The notes under the pieces are model-generated. The model did not search any database, was not told where the DNA came from, and worked only from the letters and a program-made list of their open reading frames with translations. DNA of 32,000 nt, taken from assembly GCA_025839675.1 (NCBI GenBank), contig CP104013.1:5370001-5402000 (forward strand), read 5' to 3'. Below, one piece after another: positions 19,241 through 28,328 of the stretch (position 1 is its first letter; every line of letters starts with the position of its first letter). The DNA comes from Candidatus Lokiarchaeum ossiferum. Its GTDB lineage: Archaea; Asgardarchaeota; Lokiarchaeia; Sigyniarchaeales; Promethearchaeaceae. A program made the translations under genes and the position numbers.

Positions 19241-19622
19241 CAATTATACCCCATTCTTCCAATTGTTTTTCTATTTCATCGAAAGCTTCATCAGTAGTCA
19301 TGTTACGAACATCTAGAGGTTTGGCCATTTTGCTAAAATCAAGATTATGTTTTTTAAAAGCAGGTGACATCAGTTTCATCTGCATATTTGGTGAACAACC
19401 TGCTATAAAATAGTGCATATCTGGATCTATTGAATTAGTTTTCAATAAATCATCCAAAAAGCGATCTCCATCAATTTCACATAGTTGTGGATGTACTATT
19501 GCCCATTCTACAGGAAGGGCTAATCGAACTTGATTTATTAAATCCCATACGTTCATGGTTGCGAACCCCGGACAATCGCCGGTACAAACGCAGAGAATGA
19601 ATCCTACTCGTGGTTTTGCCAT
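19233..19622 (-). CDS. stand-alone Cys-rich domain protein resembling the internal VCxCG...ACSP...N(I/V)R domain of heterodisulfide reductase HdrA
   Basis: GFILCVCTGDCPG...PQLCEIDG...YFIAGCSPNMQMKLMSPAFKKHNLDF...LDVRN is collinear with my recollection of the HdrA segment IGVFxCHCGxNI...CS...VVVAxCxPRxHExxF...GLN...NIR. ATG is at 19622 (a GTG at 19631 is also possible). First gene of the operon. Confidence 0.5.
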   Translation of the reverse strand: MAKPRVGFILCVCTGDCPGFATMNVWDLINQVRLALPVEWAIVHPQLCEIDGDRFLDDLLKTNSIDPDMHYFIAGCSPNMQMKLMSPAFKKHNLDFSKMAKPLDVRNMTTDEAFDEIEKQLEEWGIIDE

Positions 19623-19653
19623 TGTTTTCACTTCTACTTAGTAAAAAAATTGG

Positions 19654-19746
19654 AAATAATATAACCAAAATGTTATCATAACCATTTGGTTATCATTACT
19701 TTTTAGTTATGTATTCTTCCTTAAAAACATTTTTATCATCATAACC
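19654..19746. promoter_or_regulatory. divergent promoter/operator region with a 33-bp near-perfect palindrome and a repeated half-site
   Basis: 19661-19693 reads ATAACCAAAatGTTAT-C-ATAACcaTTTGGTTAT, with 14 of 16 arm positions complementary and the centre at 19677. A related TTATCATCATAACC sits at 19733-19746. The minus-strand TATA-like TATATTATTT (19654-19663) overlaps the left arm. The plus-strand TATA-like GTATAAAA is at 19773-19780. Confidence 0.4.
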
Positions 19747-19815
19747 TAATTTCAAATTTCTCTTCTTATTCGGTATAAAACAAATATATTTAGGATTTTA
19801 GTTCTATTGGTCATT

Positions 19816-20031
19816 ATGGGTAATATTTCCTATGAAAGTACGATCATTTGTCCCCAATGTGGAAATTCTGAAACCCATATTCTAACTGAAAACGCATGAA
19901 ATTTGGCGATCTCCTGTGACAATTGTAAAACAATCATCCGTGGAAAACCAAATAAACATGGGTGAACTTGAGTTTTTTGTAGTTATGGTAGTTCTCCATG
20001 AGTAGGGATTCAGAAACAAACAAATAAGTAA
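19816..20031 (+). CDS. small Cys/Sec-rich metal-binding protein with four predicted selenocysteine (UGA) codons; GDCCVxC-type
   Basis: ATG 19816 to TAA 20029-20031 gives 71 residues: MGNISYESTIICPQCGNSETHILTENA-U-NLAISCDNCKTIIRGKPNKHG-U-T-U-VFCSYGSSP-U-VGIQKQTNK. In-frame TGAs are at 19897, 19963, 19969 and 19999, and there is no TAA/TAG. The TGAs fall where the remembered family consensus has Cys. A SECIS-like hairpin follows. The ORF track misses this gene. Confidence 0.6.
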
Positions 20032-20044
20032 TGCATCGCAAAAA

Positions 20045-20089
20045 ATGCAATGAAAACTACTGGTAAACCTTTGGCAGTAGTTGGAGCAT
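20045..20089 (+). promoter_or_regulatory. SECIS-like k-turn hairpin in the 3' UTR of the UGA-containing ORF
   Basis: AUGC (20045-48) pairs with GCAU (20086-89). A 3-nt bulge AAU follows. Tandem sheared pairs are G52.A85 and A53.G84 (5' AUGA / 3' GA). An 8-bp perfect helix joins AACUACUG (20055-62) to CAGUAGUU (20075-82). The 12-nt apical loop GUAAACCUUUGG contains AAA. Confidence 0.5.
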
Positions 20090-20126
20090 AAAGAAGTGAA
20101 AAAAATGTGAATTTTGGATTTTCTAT

Positions 20127-20924
20127 TCAAAATTTATAAATACGTGCAAATAAATCATCTTCACGTGGAAAAAGCATGGCATCTTTTGCTATTTCTTCAT
20201 TCGTAAAGTCAACTGGGGCGTTTTCTATCATCACAAAGGGTGTTTGTTCATCACATTCTCCCATTACAAGGTGGGCGGCATCGGTAAGTTGATCTGCTAA
20301 AGCACGTTGTGTCCATTCCATTTCATGGCCGTATAAATCACATTTACCAATACAATCCATAACTGGATTGAAACCATCAACTCCGATAGCAACTCCCACG
20401 ATCCCCTTTCTAAGTGGCTGTACTCGAGAATCGGATATAATAGTGCCAAAATTTGTGAGATGATATATTTCTTTAATTTTCTGAGAGATTTGTCTTGCTG
20501 TTTCAAAAGGTTCTGTTGGCCAAGGTGAATAATGGTCGCCCGGTCCAGAGTTTGACTTGTCAATTCCTCCATTGGCAATTAAAACTCCATTCTTTTCGGT
20601 AAATAGCATCTTTGGGATTCCTCCAATGATTTGGTCCGATTCATCCAAGATAATTTGAACAAAACGTGGATCCATAGTATATTCCTTAGCTAGATTTTTT
20701 GCCTTCTCACTTATCTCAGTTATCTGATTAAGATCTATTATTTTTCCTTGAGATGTGGCTACAAGTGTCTCAGCAATGACTAAAACCGAATTCTCTTGAG
20801 GAAATAAATTATTCGATTTGAATGTTTCTTGAAGAACCTTGATTAAATCTTCATTCTTTTGAATAATATGGGTTGTTTTTAATGCTGTTATTTTCATTAG
20901 TTTCTTTCTCCAATTTTTTTTCAT
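20127..20924 (-). CDS. cofE: CofE-like gamma-glutamyl ligase (coenzyme F420-0:L-glutamate ligase family)
   Basis: VLVIAETLVATSQGK, GVLIANGGIDKSN and ISDSRVQPLRKG resemble CofE. The ATG at 20924 overlaps the upstream TGA (ATGA). An alternative start is M10 (20897). Confidence 0.75.
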   Translation of the reverse strand: MKKNWRKKLMKITALKTTHIIQKNEDLIKVLQETFKSNNLFPQENSVLVIAETLVATSQGKIIDLNQITEISEKAKNLAKEYTMDPRFVQIILDESDQIIGGIPKMLFTEKNGVLIANGGIDKSNSGPGDHYSPWPTEPFETARQISQKIKEIYHLTNFGTIISDSRVQPLRKGIVGVAIGVDGFNPVMDCIGKCDLYGHEMEWTQRALADQLTDAAHLVMGECDEQTPFVMIENAPVDFTNEEIAKDAMLFPREDDLFARIYKF

Positions 20925-22213
20925 TTGATTAAAAGATAATTAGTGCTGTAAATTTCCTTAATTTGCTCTTCTTTGTGCAAAGAGGCTTCTATCATTTTTC
21001 CCAACTTATCTAATTCTAAATCTTGCCCTCGCAATTTCTTAACCAGTTGTTCCATTTGAAGCAAAGTTCCAATTAAAACGGCAGTAAATTTTTCATCGTA
21101 TTTTTTATTTTCCGTAGTGACCACTTCGCGATGTAATGCAACGTCTCCTCCCCGAGCGAGTAATTCTTGCTTCAGAATTAATCCTTGGGGTGCTGTGATA
21201 TTTTTCAAGATAATATTTTTCGAGATCATTTTTCCTGACATTATTTTAGCCCCAGGTAGGGAAACTCCTAGTTCGGATAAATGAATTTCTGTGGCATATT
21301 TATCCCGAATTAGTTCTTCTATCTCACAAATTTGGTTATTATTTTGAATTTGAATTGGTTTTCGTCTAATTGCGGAAGCCACTTTAATCGTGTGTTGCAT
21401 TTTTTCATCTACATCATGGGTTCGAATGATATGTGCTCCATTATAGATTGCAATGGATGTGGCTGCCAAACTTCCTATATCTCGCTTGGATGCATCCTTT
21501 TCCTCCAATATTGATCCAATGAATGATTTTCTTGATAATCCGACAAGAATGGGGACTTGAAATGCTCTAAAGTCATGTAAATGATCTAACATCGCCAGAT
21601 CATATTCATAGGTTTTTTCTGCGACCCATTTTCCAATTCCTGGATCAACCATGACCTTTTGAGTATCATAATTCCGCTTCTTCAATTCCAAAATACTCTG
21701 ATGTAAAGCTTTAAGAATCTCTTGAGGGGTTTTTGCATCTCCCGGTTTTTTAAAAGTCGCCATCAAACAAACTGGGCAGTTGTATGATACCACTAAATCC
21801 AGCATCTTTGGATCCGTTTGGAAGGAAGAAATATCATTTAAAATCACTCGATATCCATGCTTTTTTCCAAACTCTAAACTCCACCGAGCAACTTTTGAAT
21901 ATTGTGTGTCAATGGAAAGAATTATGTCCTTTGGAACCAGTTCTGGGATCATTGTTAAAGTTTTTTGCATTCGGTCCAATTCTTCATCCAAAGAAATGGG
22001 ATCAGACCATGGAGCTGTTGAACGTGCTCCAAAATCGAGAATGGTTGCTCCATATTTGATAAATTTTTCAATTGTAATCTGTAAACTTTCATTGGGAATG
22101 AAAGAACCTTGATAGAAGCTTTCGGGACTCAAATTGACAATTCCCATAATTCGAACGGGGGAAAAATCACCAATTGAATACCCTTCAAATAATTCTTGAT
22201 GGATAGAACCCAT
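20921..22213 (-). CDS. folP: dihydropteroate synthase-like pterin-binding enzyme with an approximately 150-aa C-terminal extension
   Basis: IMGIVNLSPESFY, ILDFGARSTAP, LSIDT, ILNDIS, MVDPGIG, ILVGLSRKSFIG and GAHIIRTHDV are DHPS TIM-barrel motifs. Residues from about 285 to 430 are unassigned. Confidence 0.8.
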   Translation of the reverse strand: MGSIHQELFEGYSIGDFSPVRIMGIVNLSPESFYQGSFIPNESLQITIEKFIKYGATILDFGARSTAPWSDPISLDEELDRMQKTLTMIPELVPKDIILSIDTQYSKVARWSLEFGKKHGYRVILNDISSFQTDPKMLDLVVSYNCPVCLMATFKKPGDAKTPQEILKALHQSILELKKRNYDTQKVMVDPGIGKWVAEKTYEYDLAMLDHLHDFRAFQVPILVGLSRKSFIGSILEEKDASKRDIGSLAATSIAIYNGAHIIRTHDVDEKMQHTIKVASAIRRKPIQIQNNNQICEIEELIRDKYATEIHLSELGVSLPGAKIMSGKMISKNIILKNITAPQGLILKQELLARGGDVALHREVVTTENKKYDEKFTAVLIGTLLQMEQLVKKLRGQDLELDKLGKMIEASLHKEEQIKEIYSTNYLLIK

Positions 22214-22293
22214 AATTCTAAATATACCACTCTTCGATTAAAATTTTTCATTGTGCGAGTTTTTTCTTCTAACCACCATTTGAACGTATCTAA

Positions 22294-23016
22294 TTAAAAA
22301 ATTCCAGGGATGACGCGATATTTCGTTTTTTTCATATATTCTTCATATCCTTCCAATTCTTCAATTAACATTTTTTCTTCATCGAGTATCCTCAAGATCA
22401 GAAGTGGAATGAACAATATAATTCCGAGCAATCCCCACCAAGATCCTAAGGCAAGAGGTGTAATTCCATACATAATTGCTACTGCAAAATACATTGGGTG
22501 CCGAACGATGGCGTAGGGACCTGTAGTAATGAGTTTTTGTGTTCCTTTCTCAACCTCAACTGTGTGACTAGCATATCTATTTGTGTGCAAAATCCAAATA
22601 AATAGACCGTAACTTCCAATGAGTATGAAATCCGCTACAAAAATTGTCCAAGTTGGCACTTTCGACCAATTAAACCTATTGTCAATACTGGGGAATAAAT
22701 ACATTAGTAGAAGAATCACATTAGCAACAGTTATTATCCATTTTTGAGGTTCTCTTTTCTCTTTCCGTTTGAGTCTTCGTTTTAATAGATCCGGATCCTT
22801 ATTTACGAGGTAGATCAGAAATATGTTCATCATGATCATGAAAGTTCCAATATACAGCCATGCTTCCCAATAACGAAGGCTCCAAGAAGGTAAAAAAAAC
22901 ATTATCCCGAGTAGAATAAATACAAAAAGACTCTTTTTTAACGCTTCAATATAAAGATTTTTTTTCTCTGCTTTTTCACTCGGTTGGAAAATCCGATTTT
23001 CGTTTGAATCACTCAT
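22294..23016 (-). CDS. isoprenylcysteine carboxyl methyltransferase (ICMT/PEMT-like) family membrane protein
   Basis: Multi-pass membrane protein with the C-terminal motif TTGPYAIVRHPMYFAV. ATG is at 23016 (the track start 23040 is TTG). Confidence 0.75.
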   Translation of the reverse strand: MSDSNENRIFQPSEKAEKKNLYIEALKKSLFVFILLGIMFFLPSWSLRYWEAWLYIGTFMIMMNIFLIYLVNKDPDLLKRRLKRKEKREPQKWIITVANVILLLMYLFPSIDNRFNWSKVPTWTIFVADFILIGSYGLFIWILHTNRYASHTVEVEKGTQKLITTGPYAIVRHPMYFAVAIMYGITPLALGSWWGLLGIILFIPLLILRILDEEKMLIEELEGYEEYMKKTKYRVIPGIF

Positions 23017-23323
23017 CAAATAATCACAATATAGGTACAATTCTATTCAGATATAAAACGATAGGAAAAACTAACTTAATTTGGGATAAAAAATGCGAAA
23101 TTGTGTTCACAAAACAAATAAATCAGTAAAATGTAAGATTTAGAAGGTTTAATTATGATTTTTCACTATGAAATACAGAAGAATCATCGTGATATGAGTA
23201 ATTTAAATTATTTAATCTACGTATAATGTTGCATCCATGACATGAAATGATCAGAATGAATGTTTGAATACAGAAATATTTAGATAGAGTCCGCAATTAT
23301 AGATCTTGTTTTAAGAATCATAG

Positions 23324-25435
<2,112 letters not shown>

Positions 25436-25496
25436 TTTTTTTCAAATGAATAAAATTTCATAAATTAATTTCAATATATTTTAAAGGTAAATATTT

Positions 25497-28082
25497 ATGT
25501 CCCAATCACCAGATCCAGATAAAAATAATCCCGAAATTCCTGAAGATGACGATATAACAGATGCATCATTTATTATCGATAAAGAAATCAAAGATGAATT
25601 GAGTAAATCCTATATTGATTATGCTATGTCCGTGATTGTAGGAAGAGCGATTCCAGATGTTCGCGATGGAATGAAACCGGTTCAGCGTCGTATTTTATAT
25701 ACGTGCGAACAAAATAATTTTCTCTATAATCGACCAACTCGCAAGTGTGCTCGTATTGTTGGAGATTGCATGGGTAAATATCATCCCCATGGTGATCAAT
25801 CTGTATATGCTGCATTAGTTCGATTGGCACAGCCGTTTTCTGTCCGATATATGTTAGTGGATGGACAAGGGAACTTTGGTTCTGTTGATGGGGATTCTGC
25901 TGCAGCAATGCGTTATACGGAAGCACGGTTAGCAAAGATTAGCAATGATATGTTAGCTGATATTGATAAAAACACAGTTGATTTTGTCGATAACTTTGAT
26001 GGTTCTTTGAAAGAACCGGCTTATTTACCCGCAAAATTGCCAATGATTTTACTCAATGGTGCTTCTGGTATTGCGGTCGGAATGGCTACGAACATTGCAC
26101 CTCATAATTTGAGGGAAGTTTCAGATGCGATTGTTGCCTCTATAGAAATGGGACCATCAAATTTCACACCTACTGATGCGGCTAAATACATTCGAGGGCC
26201 GGATTTTCCAACTGGTGGTATCATGATGGGTCAACAAGGTGCTTTTGATGCTATTACAACTGGAAGGGGGGCTATTGTTGTTCGAGGTAAAGCTGAAATC
26301 GAAATCAATGGAGCAGGAAAAAATAAGGATGCTATTATTATAACCGAAATTCCTTATATGGTCAATAAAGCAAGGTTGATTGAAAATATCGCTGATCATG
26401 TTAATAAAAATGTTATTCCTGAAATTTCTGACATAAGAGATGAATCTGATCGAAACGGAATGCGTATTGTTATTGAACTTAAAAAAAATAGCGACGCAAA
26501 TGCATGTTTGAATCGGTTGTATTTAAAAACTCAACTTCAAAATTCATTCAATATTATCAATTTAATGCTTGTAAATAATGGATTGCAACCACAAGTTCTC
26601 AATTATGCCGAAATAATTAAGGAATTCATTGATCATCGTGAAAAGGTTATTCAACGACGAACTGAATTTGAATTAGCCAAAGCGAAAAATCGACTGCATA
26701 TTATTGAAGGTTTACTAATTGCTATAAATAATATTGATGAAATTGTACAATTAATTAAAAAAAGTGCAAATCCTGCTGAAGCAGCAGAACAAATGATGGA
26801 AAAATTTGGTTTAACCGAAATTCAAGCAGCAGAAATTTTGAAAATGCCCTTAAGTCGGTTAACAAATCTTCAAACTCAGAAACTTGTGGATGAGGAAACT
26901 GACCTGAAAGTGAAAATTGCTGAGTTTGAAACCATTCTTGGAGATTATAATGTTCGTTTGCAGATTGTAAAAGATGAAACCATTGAAATGGCCGCAATGT
27001 ATGGAGATGAACGACGGACAGAAATTCAAGAAACTTTTGAAGCGTTAAAAATTAATTACAAGGAAACCGTACCTGAAGAAGATTGTGTCATCATGATTAC
27101 TCGCAATCAAACTATCAAGCGGATGACCTTGGAAAATTATCAAGCTCAAGGGCGTGGTGGTAAAGGTAAACGAGGAATGAATATGCGGGAAGAAGATATT
27201 GTTCAAGAAATGTTCATTGCTTCCAGTCATGATACCATTTTACTCTTTACACAGCAAGGTCGAGTTTATTCTATTCCTGCATTTACAATACCTTTAGCTT
27301 CCCGTAATGCACAGGGAAAAGCTTTAGTTAATTATGTTAATTTAAAATCCGCCGAAAAAATCATTGATATTACTAATGTAAGTGATTTTGAAGGTAATCG
27401 AAGTCTTGTGTTTGTTTCCTCAAAAGGAATGATTAAAAAAGTGAAGCTCAGTGCTTTTGCAAAAATCCGAAAAACTGGGATTCATTGTATGAACGTTAAA
27501 GATAATGATCAATTAGTTAAGGTCAAACTCTGTGAGCCGGGCAAAGAAGTATTTGTTGCTACAAAAACAGGGCATGCAATTCATTTTAAGGAAGATGAAT
27601 TACGCTTAATTGGACGTACTGCTATGGGTGTTAAAGGGGTGACTCTTCGGTCCGAAGTAGATGAAGTTGTGGATTTGGTTGTTGCAGATCCAACCACCAA
27701 TATTGTAACTCTGAGTAAATTGGGTTATGGCAAAAATAGTGAATTGAGCCTTTATCGATTGACCCATCGGGGTGGGAAAGGTGTAATTAATATCAAACTT
27801 CGTGAAGGAGATGAAGTAATTGCCAGTAAATCAGTCCCCGAAGAGAAAAATTTACTATTAGTCAGTGTGAAAGGTATTATTATACGGGTTCGTACTGAAG
27901 ATATTCGAGAGACGGGACGCGCTGCAAAAGGTGTTATTGTAATGCGATTGGGTGAAGACGATGCGGTTAGTTCTGTCGCATTATGTGATGCAATGGATGA
28001 ATCTATTCCCGATGAATCAGCAATTGAACCTGATGATCCTGAAATAGTTCCTGATGATCCTAATAATAATCTTAAAGATTAA
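25497..28082 (+). CDS. gyrA: DNA gyrase subunit A
   Basis: DGMKPVQRRILY, HPHGD and the active-site Tyr context AAMRYTEARL. The C-terminal part has beta-pinwheel repeats, including a GyrA-box-like QGRGGKGKRG. Both termini carry acidic extensions. Confidence 0.95.
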   Translation: MSQSPDPDKNNPEIPEDDDITDASFIIDKEIKDELSKSYIDYAMSVIVGRAIPDVRDGMKPVQRRILYTCEQNNFLYNRPTRKCARIVGDCMGKYHPHGDQSVYAALVRLAQPFSVRYMLVDGQGNFGSVDGDSAAAMRYTEARLAKISNDMLADIDKNTVDFVDNFDGSLKEPAYLPAKLPMILLNGASGIAVGMATNIAPHNLREVSDAIVASIEMGPSNFTPTDAAKYIRGPDFPTGGIMMGQQGAFDAITTGRGAIVVRGKAEIEINGAGKNKDAIIITEIPYMVNKARLIENIADHVNKNVIPEISDIRDESDRNGMRIVIELKKNSDANACLNRLYLKTQLQNSFNIINLMLVNNGLQPQVLNYAEIIKEFIDHREKVIQRRTEFELAKAKNRLHIIEGLLIAINNIDEIVQLIKKSANPAEAAEQMMEKFGLTEIQAAEILKMPLSRLTNLQTQKLVDEETDLKVKIAEFETILGDYNVRLQIVKDETIEMAAMYGDERRTEIQETFEALKINYKETVPEEDCVIMITRNQTIKRMTLENYQAQGRGGKGKRGMNMREEDIVQEMFIASSHDTILLFTQQGRVYSIPAFTIPLASRNAQGKALVNYVNLKSAEKIIDITNVSDFEGNRSLVFVSSKGMIKKVKLSAFAKIRKTGIHCMNVKDNDQLVKVKLCEPGKEVFVATKTGHAIHFKEDELRLIGRTAMGVKGVTLRSEVDEVVDLVVADPTTNIVTLSKLGYGKNSELSLYRLTHRGGKGVINIKLREGDEVIASKSVPEEKNLLLVSVKGIIIRVRTEDIRETGRAAKGVIVMRLGEDDAVSSVALCDAMDESIPDESAIEPDDPEIVPDDPNNNLKD

Positions 28083-28121
28083 TTTTGCTTCTTTAATGAA
28101 CCTATCCCTTTAACTGTTTGG

Positions 28122-28144
28122 GGGGTATTTTTCACCCCTTTTTT
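28122..28144 (+). terminator. hairpin plus T6 tract downstream of gyrA
   Basis: GGGGT (28122-26) pairs with ACCCC (28134-38) around a 7-nt loop, followed by TTTTTT (28139-44), about 40 nt after the gyrA stop. Confidence 0.4.
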
Positions 28145-28328
28145 GCTGATCTTTGACTAACTGAAAGTTATTAATGTTGATTATCCTATCAGACTATTAG
28201 GTCTCACAGTCTTGACTATCCCGAGTCATGTTTTTCCCATGGAAAAACACTATAAGTCAGAACTCAAAAAAAAGTGCATCTTTCTTGTCCCATTATTCCT
28301 CGACATCTATCTGTTAGAAACCATAAAG

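Noticed and set aside
19477-19668. 63-aa minus-strand ORF overlapping the HdrA-domain-like gene in another frame
   Set aside because: It lies in an alternate frame of a better-supported CDS and runs into the operator region.
19816-20031. Global TGA reassignment (for example TGA read as Trp or Gly) as the explanation for the four in-frame TGAs
   Set aside because: TGA is the stop codon of several well-supported genes in this window (10541-43, 17555-57, 19233-35, 20921-23), including ATGA-type overlaps. Recoding must therefore be local.
19882-20130. 82-aa minus-strand ORF in the supplied track
   Set aside because: It is antisense to the Cys/Sec-rich + strand ORF and its SECIS-like hairpin, has a low-complexity composition, and has no RBS or motif. 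It is better explained as a shadow ORF that exists because the + strand gene lacks TAA/TAG codons.
28231-28247. TTTTTCCCATGGAAAAA apparent palindrome downstream of gyrA
   Set aside because: It is imperfect (three C against two G). Only CCATGG plus the A/T runs pair, which is expected by chance in AT-rich DNA, and it has no obvious associated gene.
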